60,000 nucleotides of DNA from Schmidtea polychroa. Lineage: Eukaryota. The notes under the pieces are model-generated. The model made no database searches. It saw only the letters and a list, made by a program, of their open reading frames with translations, and had not been told where the DNA came from. The position numbers were made by a program, and so were the translations under genes. Positions 48,400-60,000 of this stretch are shown piece after piece (position 1 is the first letter of the stretch; every line of letters begins with the position of its first letter). Location of the stretch: the NCBI GenBank assembly GCA_044892525.1, contig CM097885.1:26352001-26412000 (forward strand). The letters are read 5' to 3'.

Positions 48400-49345
48400 C
48401 AAATTCGAAAAAAAGAGACGAAAAATTGGTTATCAGGTCAACTGGCATATAGTCTGAATAAACCAATGTTGAAACGCTTTAATACAAGAGCGTATAAAAC
48501 ATATGGTATTAACGATTTATGGCAAATGGATTTGATGGATTTTTTGATGATTCCATTTTCTAAAATTAACAAGGGTTACGAGTATATTTTGACTTGTATT
48601 AATGCTTTCAGTAGATTTGCTCGTTCAATCCCAGTCAAAACAAAATCTGCAAATGAAAAGGCTTTGGCAATATAATCAATGTTTAAAAACGGAAAACCAA
48701 TTAATTTACAAACAGATTTAGGTAAAGAATTTTACAATAGTATTATATTATTTTTATATGTTATTTCAGTAAAACACCTTTGAAAATGAGCGATAGTGAG
48801 TCAGAATATGTCAGAATATTCAGTATTTTCACAATTTAAAGACGCTCATGTTGAACGATTTAATCGAACATTAAGAGATAAACTTAAAAAGTATTTTGTC
48901 TATCAAGGCAATAAAACATGGATAACTGTTTTACCAAAATTGATTAAGAGTCACACACCCCACAGAGGTATTAAGGGTTTGAAACCTGTTGATGTGACTT
49001 CATAAGATAGATTTGATATTCAAGATAAAATTAAAAAGCCAAAATATAAAGTCAATGATCATGTTCGAATATCTAAAATATCTGCTTCTCCATTCATCAA
49101 GAATTTCGACAACAATTGGAGTGATGAGGTTTTTCAAATTTCAAAAATCGATACAGTTCAAAATCCGGTCATGTATGTCATTAAAGATAGTTAAAATAAT
49201 CAAGTATCTGGTAAATTCTACGAACAAGAGCACCAAGTTATTCCTTCACCCACAATATTTTGAATTGAAAAAATATTGAAAACTAAAATGTTGAATAAAG
49301 ATAAACAAATTGGTGTGGATATCAAAACCCAACATGGATATCAGA
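48400..49345 (+). pseudogene. Polinton rve integrase with chromodomain-like tail, frameshifted
   Basis: WQMDLMD, YILTCINAFSRFA, QTDLGKEFYN, VERFNRTLR, W..VLP, YKVNDHVRI, NWSDEVF, GKFYEQE. Confidence 0.93.
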
Positions 49346-49754
49346 AACCTTAAGCACCAATGATTCAATTAAACGATTATTGCTACATATACATTACTAG
49401 GGGAATTTTAAATATTTCTTGTGATTTATATCCATTTGAAATAACATTTGAAGATGTGGAAAGTGCGAAACGATTGGAAGTTACCGAATTAACTATTAAA
49501 AGTACAGGTGAAACAATGCAAATATTAATTCCATCAGCTATTAACGGTGTAGGTAATACTCTCAAAATAAAGTTGACGTATACTGCAATAAGTGAATCAA
49601 TTTTTACATTTACTGATAATTTATACATCAAAAATCTTCAAGACTTAGTATAAATATAACTCAATGTAATCAGAATATCATGAAGTAAGTTTTAATTTAA
49701 CAAATAATTTAATTAAATTAGTTCTATTCAGGTTAATAAATTGGAAAACAACTT

Positions 49755-50069
49755 TTGGGAAATGAGTTTATTGGTTACCCGTTAGATAAAATCCCATATC
49801 TTGATGATAATCAAGCTATAGTCATCAATACCCAATCATCTACTCTAGGTGGTGAGCATTGGATTGCAATATATGTGAAACCAAACAAGATACATGTTTT
49901 CGAACCAATGGGATTCTATTATCCAGCTCTTTTAGTCAGTAAACTAGAAGCAATAGGTCGACCAATTGTTTACAATAAACATCGACATCAAGATCCATTT
50001 ACAACAACATGTGGTCAATATTGTCTTGTTTGGTTAAACTCAATGAATAAACGTGTTGATTTTAAATAA
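49755..50069 (+). CDS. Adenain-like cysteine protease
   Basis: IVINTQSSTLGGEHWIAI..FEPMG..HQDPFTTTCGQYC. Confidence 0.9.
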   Translation: MGNEFIGYPLDKIPYLDDNQAIVINTQSSTLGGEHWIAIYVKPNKIHVFEPMGFYYPALLVSKLEAIGRPIVYNKHRHQDPFTTTCGQYCLVWLNSMNKRVDFK

Positions 50070-50490
50070 ATTTTTAATAAAAATATCTAGTTATTTTATT
50101 GATATTAGCGTTTTTGAGAATGAATTTGGTGGATTAGTTATTAAAGAATTATGTATGATCAATACTAATATTGTTTTAAAACCCTTGCATTGGGTGTTCT
50201 CGACAAATGAATATCATGAAGATCGGATACTTGACGGTAAAAATTATTTCTGTCCAACGTGTATTTTAAGTATTATTGGTTCTGATCGAAAAACATCGAT
50301 TTTCTATGTCACTAATGAAAGAAAGGAAGAAATGTTAAAAAAATATTTTCCAACTTTGAGAATTGTAAATTATTCAATGAAAGAAAGTCATAATTTTCCA
50401 AGAAACATATCATGTCCCTTTTATGAACACGAAGATGATTGTGCATATAAAAACTGTTTACTAAGTGTATTAGATTATTTGAAATATTAA
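50053..50490 (+). CDS. Polinton accessory protein, possibly DEDD-fold derived
   Basis: FIDISVFENEFGGLVIKELC; terminal CPFYEHEDDCA..C. Confidence 0.35.
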   Translation: MLILNKFLIKISSYFIDISVFENEFGGLVIKELCMINTNIVLKPLHWVFSTNEYHEDRILDGKNYFCPTCILSIIGSDRKTSIFYVTNERKEEMLKKYFPTLRIVNYSMKESHNFPRNISCPFYEHEDDCAYKNCLLSVLDYLKY

Positions 50491-50639
50491 TAAATGTATT
50501 ATTTGTGTTTTCTTAATGTGTGTACGCTATTTGCTTTATTCTGATTGGGTAATTTTCATGTAGTAATAATAATAATGCATATATAAAGAAACGGCTTTTC
50601 ATTATTATCACTTTTTACATATACCCCACTACGAACAAA

Positions 50640-53513
50640 ATGGTACGTTTTTCTATTTTTATTTCATTTAAATTATTTTATTCAGAATTCAAACAATAAT
50701 AATAATAATAATAAAACTAACGATTCTTCGAATCAACAAGCCAACAATATGGTATGATTTATTAAAAATATTTTTTCTTTATATTAATTATTTAAATAGG
50801 TAAATCAAAATTATATCGCGATGATGAATTCTTTTCAAAATTACATCGCAATGATGAATGCTTTTCAAAATTATTCAAATGCTGTGCCAAATATTCCAAA
50901 TTATTCAAATGCTGTGCCAAATATTCCAAATTATTCAAATGCTGTTCCAAATATTCCAAAGAAAAAAAAGAAAATTCAATGTTAGTAAAATTTTATTGCA
51001 ATGTTATTTTAAATTTGATTGTTATCTTAAATTTATTGTTATTTTAAATTTAATTAGTAGTTTAATTATTTTTATTAAATTTCTAACATTTAATAACTTG
51101 TAAAAATAACTTCAATGTAATAATAACTTTGTAATAATAACTTTAAAATAATCAGTTTATTCGTATAGATTCGGTATTATGTAAACTTTTTATTTTAACA
51201 ATTATTAAGGTTAAATTACATAAGGGTCATATATCTGACATAAGGTTCAAACTATTCTAAATAAAGTGAAGATTTTTTAACCTTTTGTAAAAACTTTTCA
51301 TAATTTAATAATTATGTAATAATTTATTTATCTATTATCTTGTTAATTAATAATTAATATATATTTTTTAAATAGGTTTACTTTACCCGAATTATTGTAA
51401 TTCATCTTCGAATCACAATAATGAATGTCATCATATAATGACTAGATATTATCACCATAAATTTAATGGGGTTGATATCTTTATATGCCCGATATGTGAA
51501 ACTTACCATAACCAACCTTTTTTTGATTTCTTTCTTCAACATAAGGATCATCTTAGCAATTTTAAAATTACTAAAAAAGAGCTCTTTGAGTCCATTTAAA
51601 ATTAATAAAAGAAAAGCTGATATTGGTATAACTTACGGAATGACAAAAGTATTAAAACCTGAGATTATTATAATTAGTGATGGCGGCGAGGATATTCAAA
51701 TAGGTGGTTCTGTTAATATAGGTAATGAACCAATTGCAGAATCAGATTTAAGAGGAACTCGTAGGGTATTAAAATTTGATATTGACGAATTTAATGTTAA
51801 TCAAATTACTTTAACTGATAGGATAGTTACAAGACTTTTATCTGAAATAAATAAAATTGGTAGTGTAAAAGTTCAATTTGTGTTAAAATTCAGTTTGAAA
51901 AAGATGTTATAACAAAAGATGAGTTTTTATCGAATAATGCTGATGTTTTCTCTGATAATTTTCTTGTTGAAGGAATTAGGAAATTAAATGAAAAAATTTA
52001 AAGATTTAGTGAATTAGGAAGTGGTTGGACTATAATTAAAATTAGGGAAATTCATTTCACACTGACTAAATATTCGCGAATAAATAGGTTGACTGGTCAT
52101 CGATTTATTAAAACTCCTTTTAAACTTAAAGGAAAGAGAGCAATTATTAATATTAAGAACAGTGACGATCTTTGTTTTATATATAGTATATTAACATTAT
52201 TAAAACATGACAACTTTACGAGTATAGTTACACTAACTTTGTTAGCGAATTAAATTATGAGAAATAGATGATTGCCCTATGAGACTTCACAATATTCGTA
52301 GGTTTGAGGAAAAGAATCTAGGTCTTGCCATTATTAATAATGATGATAATGAAAATGATGATTTTGTTCCTCATCATCCTTATTTGGATATCATTCATCG
52401 TACTAAAGTGACTGGTGTTGATCCATTATATCTTTTACTCCTCGAAAATGATGGCCAATATCATTATACCGCTGTTATTAATTTACAACGCTTAATTAAT
52501 TCCCATACTGATGATATAGTTAGTGCAAGAATTCAATGTCAATGGTATCCTAGATGTCTTAATGGTTTTGGTTTACAGGATGCTTTTGACAGTCATTATG
52601 CATTATGTATTTAAAATCAGATAGGAACGACTTTGTACACTCTTCCTCAAAATAAATATTTAAAGTTTGATGATTTCTCAAAAACAGTAATACCACCATT
52701 TGTAATTTACACTGACCTTACCCAGTGACATAAAATATCATCAAAAGCATCTACCAATATCAGCCGGACTATTATTAGTTAATAATTGCTATGATCTTTA
52801 AAGAGTGCATCGATACAAACACTTCTTTGAGAGCTGATTCAACCAATAATCTAGATAAGAACTACTTTAAGCTTTTAAATAATAGTCTTTATTGAAAATC
52901 AGTGGAAAATCTTAAAAAACGGATGAATTTGAGATTATGTAATTCTGCTGAAAAATTATTACAAATTCTTCAAATCTGTCTTTTAGAAAGTGTATCAAGA
53001 TTTATGACGATTTGTTTAGATAGACCAAATATAGGTCAAACTAAGTTAAGTACACTACCTGCAATGATTTCACATAATCGTTTGGGTACTTTTATTATAA
53101 CTCTAACCTTCCTTTGTATTCAAGAAATCTTGATTCAGTAATAGGTAAATTCAAAGATGAAAGTAAGGGGCTTCGATATAAGGAATGGGTTTTCCTGCGA
53201 CCAAAATGCTAAAGCAAAAGCAAAAGAAATTACTTTGAAAGGAACTGAAATAAAACATCTTTCTTATCTTGACTGTTATGAGAACAATAAAATCTTTTCG
53301 GTTCCTCAAACTCGAATAGGAACTCGAAATTATCAGTTGTTTACGTTTAGGAATTATAAAATTGCGTTAAGTAACAACGATGATAAACGACACTGGGTTG
53401 GTAAAAATAAAAGTTTTGGATACGGGTATAATTTAGATGTCAGCCAAGATGTTGCCAAATATGATGATCCAGAATTGATCGAGATTGATTTTAATGATCC
53501 AGATTTTATTTAA
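50640..53513 (+). pseudogene. pPolB of Polinton 3 with putative spliced 5' exons and large internal deletions
   Basis: HKFNGVDIFICPIC, GSVKVQF, GSGW, AIINIKNSDDLCFIYSIL, HHPYLDIIHR, PPFVIY.D, KLLNNSLY.KSVEN, GKFKDE, EWVFLRPKC, NDDKRHW; colinear with Polinton 1 pPolB. Confidence 0.9.
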
Positions 53514-53879
53514 AATAATTTTTTGTATTTTGAAAACGATCTTTTTTATCATTTAATTAAATTAATTTAAAAATTATAACTCTGGTTTGAGAATAAATCT
53601 GTTAACTTGATAATTTTATAAGTAAACGTTCTTAGATTGATATAAATTATTATTATTATTTTATTATTATTATTTTAATATTATTATTTTGCGGGACTGG
53701 TGGCTAACTTTTTGATTTTGACGTTAGGTTCAAATCCAAGTTAGGTTCAAAAACTATTTTAAACAGTTATTTTTAATACAGATCAAATCAGCATACTTTA
53801 ATTGCTATAAATTGAAATTTTCATAAAAATCGGTTAATGATTTTTAGTTAAAGGTTCATTTGCTTGTAAATATCTTTGG

Positions 53880-54260
53880 TCCAGTTATCTGAAGCGGACC
53901 GGAACCGGGTGCCCTGGCGTGGGTAAAACAAGAGCCAGAGAATAATTGGTTAGTGGAGGCTCGAGATCAGGCTGAGCAAAAACAGGGGGAGAACCAAAAT
54001 CATCCCAAGTGCAAAGTTACTCATAAACATGCACCCGAAATAAATGATTTAATGAACTTGCGTAAATTTTGGTATGTTTGGTGTCTGATTGATGAGAGAA
54101 CGAACAAATATTTGGGAAAACAATTAAGATGAGGGACCAGAGCGAATCGGATATATATGTTCGATAGTAAGTGAACCCAGAGAGTGCGGATAGTGCGATC
54201 ACTTCTTGCGAGCACTCACAATCTTGATATCGTACCAACGTTGAATGCTCAGCGGGTATC
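53880..54260 (+). mobile_element. Deleted, diverged relative of element A
   Basis: GPEPGALAWVKQEPENNWLVEARDQA matches GPGIDAPAWVKVEPENNRLQEARDQA; cacttcttgcgagcactca..gtaccaacgttga matches 35188-35231. Confidence 0.8.
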
Positions 54261-54471
54261 AATCGGAGAAAAGGTTAGAACAGATTAGAACAGCATTTCG
54301 ATGCATCAAAAAGAATTTGCAATATCTTTCAAAATATGCCAAAGGGGACCATGAATTCTATTCAAATTATCGTTTGTTATATACAACGTCCAACTGGCAC
54401 TCCGGAAGAAAAATAGAAAAATTACCAATTGATTTTGCTCGTATATCAAATGCATGCCTTATTCTAGAATC

Positions 54472-54760
54472 TAGATAATCTTACAGTTCACAAGAGAGTT
54501 GATTTGGAAAGAATTACTTCTGAGTTTAATTTTGAATTTATTTTTCTTTCACCTTATATGCTAAACCCAATTGAAAACACATTTTCAAAAGTTATAAATG
54601 GGGTTAGATAATGCTTGCGTAACGGGTTACAGAAACACTCGCGAATATTATGCTTGAAGAAACTAATAAAGTTACATCAAATGATTGCATTGGATTTTTT
54701 AATCATATTCAGCGTAATATTACAAATGCAGCTGCCGGATTAGAATATATACATTATTAA
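54472..54760 (+). pseudogene. Tc1/IS630 transposase C-terminal remnant
   Basis: LDNLTVHK..FIFLSPYMLNPIENTFSKV..VTSNDCIGFFNH. Confidence 0.85.
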
Positions 54761-55623
54761 ATATATATACATTATTAAAATATACATTATTAAATATATT
54801 AGTTATTGATTTTTTTATATTAATTATTTTTTAAACTTATTATTTCAATTAAATTTCTTTTGTTTTTGAGAAAACGAAATTCATTGGCAAAACCAATGAC
54901 GCGAAATAGTCAAATGAGGAATATTTAAAATTCATTGGCAAAAACACGAAATAAACTGGCAAATGGTATATTTGAGTTTAATAATTTTTATTAGTCTAAA
55001 TAATGAAACAGAAGGATTTAGGTAATTTTATATTTAATTTTATTATTAATTTTAGTTACTTCTACCAACAGATTACTGAGAGATTAACAGCCGAAGATTT
55101 TTAATTAATAAATTTTAAATGATTTTTATAATTGATTTGTCTTAGTTTTCTTTTTATCATTATAATTTTAACGACTACAGTAAGCATGCATCGGAAACAT
55201 TCATGGAAACACACATGATTAATAACGACTTATACATGTATATGTGATTTCCTCTCACTAAATTTGAAAAATGTGTGTAGCTCAATAGAGATTGGTTGAT
55301 TTTTTAACAATTTTTTAAGTATCATATATGCGAGAGTATATTGGATTAAGAAGAGGAAGCTGACAAATATTAATATGGAACCCAATCGGAGCGAATAATT
55401 TCGATCACAATTAATAGAACACATGCAATTATTCAACAGCATGATAGACGGTCACATCAACCAATTAGATTAAAATAAAATTATTTTAAACCAATAAAAA
55501 TTCAGTATTTTGATAAAGTATACAGAAAATGTAATAGCTGATCAAATTACTTTGCATAAATTAAACAATTGTTTCTAAAGCAGTATATGAATAATGTCAG
55601 TGAAATGCTTCCAACCGAATATA

Positions 55624-57246
55624 CAGGGTTTAAACCCTTATTTAACGATTTTAAAGTTTAATTTAACGGCTTTAAAGTTTAATTTAACGGCTTTAAAGTT
55701 TAATTTAACGGCTTTAAAGTTTAATTAAACGGCTTTAAAGTTTAATTTAACGGGGTTAAAATTTAATTTAACGGTTTTAAACTTTAATTTAACGGATCAA
55801 TTAATATTCAATTTATTTTATACCTATGTCTACAAAAAAACAATTAAACAACGAAACAAGGAGTACAATAATAAAAAAGTACAACGCAGGTAAGGGAGCA
55901 AAACAAATTAGTAACGACCTTGAACTGAATGAGAATACAGTTTCTTCGGTTATACGTTTGTATAAAAAAGATGGTAGAATTGAGGCAAAGAACAGAAGAG
56001 CACCAAGAACAAAGAAAATTACTGAAACTGCTCAAGATCTAATAAGAAGCACAATACATGAGGATGTTAGTACCTCATTGATAAAAATGAAAGCATTACT
56101 TAAAGAAAAATGTTCAGTCAATGCTTCTATTGTAACAATTTCAAAGGCGATTCAAGAGATGAGTTATTCTATAAAAAGGGTAACTCTTGTACCAATAGCA
56201 AGAAACACTTTAAAGAATATCGATGATCGTGAAGCCTATTGCAATGAATATATATTGCAAGATGAATCAAGTTTAATTTTTATTGATGAATTCGGTGTAT
56301 CAATATCTACTAGAGTGGGTTATGGTAGAAGTCTGATTGGCACGCCTGCTTGCAAAAATATCAGATCGATTAGAAGTAAAAATATTTCAGTATGTGCAGC
56401 AATAATGAAAAGTGGTGTCCTTAAATTTACAATAAGAGATACTGCATATAATTCAATATCGTTTCTTGAATTTATGAGAGCAGTAATTAGCACTTTAAAT
56501 GAATCTGGTATTACAAGTGGTAGGATAGTGATGGATAATGCTTCAATTCACAAGAGTGAAAATTTAAGAAATTTTTTAGGTACAAGCGGTTTCGAACTAT
56601 TTTTTCTTCCTCCTTACAGCCCCCAGTTAAATCCTATCGAGGAAGTGTTCAGTAAATGGAAGCATATAATAAAATCCTGCAACTCGAAAACTATAACAGA
56701 ACTATATAGTAATATTGAAATTTCAGCAGCCCGTATTACAGAAGAGGATTGTCAAGGTTTTTTTAGACACACGCGTGTTTTTGCTTTGAAAGGTATACGA
56801 AGAGAAGATTTTTAATAAAGTGAATCTTAAACGTATTTTTTTCTTTATTCTTATCTTAATATATTATTTATGCCTTATTTAAGCCTTAAATATTTTTGTT
56901 CGTCCATCCGTTAAATTAAACTTTAAAACCGTTAAATAGTAATATTGAAATTTCAGCAGCCCGTATTACAGAAGAGGATTGTCAAGGTTTTTTTAGACAC
57001 ACGCGTGTTTTTGTTTTGAAAGGTATACGAAGAGAAGATTTTTAATAAAGTGAATCTTAAACGTATTTTTTTCTTTATTCTTATCTTAATATATTATTTA
57101 TGCCTTATTTAAGCCTTAAATATTTTTGTTCGTCCATCCGTTAAATTAAACTTTAAAACCGTTAAATTAAACTTTAAAACCGTTAAATTAATTTTTAACC
57201 CCGTTAAATTAAACTTTAAAACCGTTAAATAAGGGTTTAAACCCTG
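55624..57246 (+). mobile_element. Full-length Tc1/IS630-like DD34E transposon
   Basis: TIRs cagggtttaaacccttatttaacg with 21-bp subterminal repeats; TA TSD; empty site ccgaatatatgcagatc at about 57755; 230-bp internal duplication 56706-56935/56936-57165. Confidence 0.97.
55826..56815 (+). CDS. DD34E transposase, 329 aa, intact
   Basis: N-terminal HTH; FIDE, MDNASIH, LPPYSPQLNPIE with 34 residues between the second D and E. Confidence 0.97.
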   Translation: MSTKKQLNNETRSTIIKKYNAGKGAKQISNDLELNENTVSSVIRLYKKDGRIEAKNRRAPRTKKITETAQDLIRSTIHEDVSTSLIKMKALLKEKCSVNASIVTISKAIQEMSYSIKRVTLVPIARNTLKNIDDREAYCNEYILQDESSLIFIDEFGVSISTRVGYGRSLIGTPACKNIRSIRSKNISVCAAIMKSGVLKFTIRDTAYNSISFLEFMRAVISTLNESGITSGRIVMDNASIHKSENLRNFLGTSGFELFFLPPYSPQLNPIEEVFSKWKHIIKSCNSKTITELYSNIEISAARITEEDCQGFFRHTRVFALKGIRREDF

Positions 57247-58217
57247 TATGCAGATCACTACCCAATGATGGAGGACAGGTTGCCAGTGTGAACAATTTTG
57301 GAAACACTCCATTGCTTGAGATGCTCGTAGAGCCACCGATTAATATCATTGAACTGAATATTTACAGCTATTCGATTTGCACAATATATAACTTTTTATG
57401 AAAACACGCCGACTTGGTCAATGAAATTTCATGGGAATCTTTTCACATTTTCAGTTGACAGAGAACTCAAATACTCATGAGGAAGACAACAATTCATTGT
57501 TGCGGCTGGTGGTGAAATGCTTCCAACCGAATATATGGATATCACTACTCAATGATGGAGGACAGGTTGCCAGTGTGAACAATTTTGGAAACACTCCATT
57601 GCTTGAGATGCACGTAAAGCCACCAATTGAATGACGTAATGAAAAATTTTTGATTGGCTTGTAAATATCAATTGTAGAACTAGAATAAATCACGACCATA
57701 TTAAACAATTGTTTCTAAAGCAGTATATGAATAATGTCAGTGAAATGCTTCCAACCGAATATATGCAGATCACTACCCAATGATGGAGGACAGGTTGCCA
57801 GTGTGAACAATTTTGGAAACACTCCATTGCTTGAAATGCTCGTAGAGCCACCGATTAATATCATTGAACTGAATATTTACAGCTATTCGATTTGCACAAT
57901 ATATAACTTTTTATGAAAACACGCCGACTTTGTCAATGAAATTTCATGGGAATCTTTTCACATGTTCAGTTGACAGAGAACTCAAATACTCATGAGGAAG
58001 ACAACAATTCATTGTTGCGGCTGGTGGTGAAATGCTTCCAACCGAATATATGGAGATCACTACTCAATGATGGAGGACAGGTTGCCAGTGTGAACAATTT
58101 TGGAAACACTCCATTGCTTGAGATGCTCGTAAAGCCACCAATTGAATGACGTAATGAAAATTTTTTGATTGGCTTGTAAATATCAATTGTAGAACTAGAA
58201 TAAATCACGACCATATT
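57247..58217 (+). repeat. Tandem ~515-bp units encoding ankyrin-repeat fragments
   Basis: DNNSLLRLVVKCFQPNIWRSLLNDGGQVASVNNFGNTPLLEM (ANK pattern LL..G..V...N..G.TPL); ORFs 57431 and 57946 offset by 515. Confidence 0.7.
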
Positions 58218-58729
58218 ATCATCTTATTTTCAACAATCATCCACTGTATTACCAATGGCAATTTTCATTATAGATGGCAATTTTCATTATAAGATGCAAG
58301 AACACGAAATAGTCAAATGACCAATATTTAAAATTTGTGGTTAGGGTTTCCAGAGGCTGTTAAAATTTGTTCACCGAATTCAAGATTACCAAAATTATTA
58401 TTATCGTATCACTCAAAAATTATATGTCCCTAAGAGTGGAATTTGTCTATATGGCAATAAAATTTTCACAAAAACCAATACTGAAAGATTATATCTGTTA
58501 CCCAACTTCGAACCGAATCAAAAAATAATTTAGATAGGGATTTATATAAATTTATAACCAGTGGTGTTTACTGGAAGAGCAAGGAGAATTGGATAAATAG
58601 AATAAATCCGAGGATGTGCAACAAAGCAGAAAAATTGTTTAAATACAGCTCAAAAAAAAATTTTGAATGTTGATTAAAATTCCAAAAATTACCAATATTT
58701 GCTATTTTGTTAAATAAAGATGTAATTTG

Positions 58730-59235
58730 TTGAAAAAAGCCTAGTTATATTGGTCAGGCGGTGCTAGACCTATCGAAACTTAGAATGTATGAGCTACAAT
58801 ATATTGATTTGGCAAATTATCAATACACACATATTTTAAGTGTAATCACAACACTGATTATAACACTTATAAATCCTTATCAAAGGCACTTAACCCCTTC
58901 ATACACCGTGTGCAGAATTATGCACATAACATTTAAAAACTTATAGATTCCTTATTTAATATATTTTACTTCATCGCCATCTCTCCACGCACCGACCAAA
59001 CTATTTTGATTGTTTTAAAATCACACCACTAGTGACATCTATTAGTGATCAGTTTCACTCTATTTACTCCCTATGAACACTCTATTCTAATTCAGGTCTG
59101 AAGGGGTTAAAATAATAATGTATAATAATATACTCAATAAAACTGCCTAAGGCTAAATGTTATAGTTTGCTCAATAGTGATAATGTAAGACCAAAAGGTT
59201 TATCATTGAAGGGAACTGAAATACCACATATTACG
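58730..59235 (+). pseudogene. Scattered pPolB remnants
   Basis: KPSYIGQAVLDLSKLRMYELQY (58737-58820); KCYSLLNSDNVRPKGLSLKGTEIPH (59155-59230). Confidence 0.8.
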
Positions 59236-59335
59236 TGATAAATGAACCTGTAAATCGATGATATCGTGACAAGTAGTCTAAAACATCAGCTCATTTATAT
59301 ATATAAATCTAATTCAGGCGCCCAATGATATATAA

Positions 59336-59458
59336 ATGCCATCATATAAGCAATATAGAGAAACCATTAGATGATGCCATCATATAAGCAATATAGAGAA
59401 ACCATTAGATGATGCCATCATATAAGCAATATAGAGAAACCATTAGATGATGCCATCA
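59336..59458 (+). repeat. 38-bp tandem repeat, about 3.2 copies
   Basis: atgccatcatataagcaatatagagaaaccattagatg; a single related copy lies at about 7260-7300. Confidence 0.93.
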
Positions 59459-60000
59459 AGAACCCATCGATCACTCAGACTTGCAACACGTAATTACGTC
59501 ATGTTTTTTAATACGTCATCGATGACAAATCAAAAAATATCGTCTTGTTTACAAACTTAAACAATATGTAAGTAGTTCATAATATTAGGTAATCTGTTAA
59601 TAAGTAATTAGAATATCAATGGTGACAAAATGTACAATTATCTTGAATATTGTTCATTAATAATATAAATATAAATTTAGGAATTCTGTTAATTGTAGAT
59701 ATTTTTTGGATTTAATTAATAATGAAATATAAACTTACGTTGATATCATTTATTTTCGAATTCATATCTTGGAATTAGTTTTATCTGACTTTTCTTTAAA
59801 TAAAACCAGTTGATTGGGTTCGAATAAACACGTGTCATTTCTAAATTAATCGTCATATTTTTAACGATTTATGCCTTGAATTTGTAAAATCAATAAAGTC
59901 CATTGCTTGGATTATCATCGTAATAGATCATTTCGACTGAATTCCAAAAATCTAAATATATATATGTAAATTAAGATTCCCATTAAAAATTATTACTTTT

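Noticed and set aside
42441..53513. Polinton 1 and 3 pPolB as the two arms of one inverted duplication or TIR
   Set aside because: Homologous at protein level but clearly diverged in DNA; better explained as two separate elements. No Polinton TIR pair with 6-bp TSD could be identified
59336..59458. CRISPR-like array (also the 21-bp repeats at 55640-55795 and 30-bp repeats at 50865-50960)
   Set aside because: Head-to-tail repeats without unique spacers, eukaryotic context, no cas genes

Overview
AT-rich eukaryotic DNA with (ATT)n microsatellites and short GT-AG introns. An invertebrate, possibly a planarian flatworm, is my inference from composition and element style only. No intact host gene is visible; the window is a nested transposon/endogenous-virus cluster. 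It holds remnants of at least three Polinton/Maverick (adintovirus-like) genomes (pPolB, DJR major capsid, PLA2, adenain protease, packaging ATPase, rve integrase) and three Gypsy-type LTR elements. The first (about 9-17.7 kb) carries ubiquitin-like domains, an AT-hook and a chuvirus/gB-type glycoprotein. The second is a 5.3-kb TG..CA insertion with a 4-bp TSD, probably a giant solo LTR with its own genes. The third is a 7.06-kb element whose two 1140-bp LTRs are INVERTED, with a perfect 5-bp TSD, a read-through copy of tRNA-Leu at the junction, captured host-like coding fragments and a ubiquitin-like domain fused ahead of Gag. The last two sit about 60 bp apart inside one pPolB gene. Also present are an intact DD34E Tc1/IS630 transposon, piggyBac, Tc1 and hAT remnants, and tandem duplications. 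Highlights are a decayed TATA-binding-protein-like gene inside a Polinton gene block (not in the ORF track) and the inverted-LTR retroelement. All protein-family calls are by eye from motifs; no searches were run.
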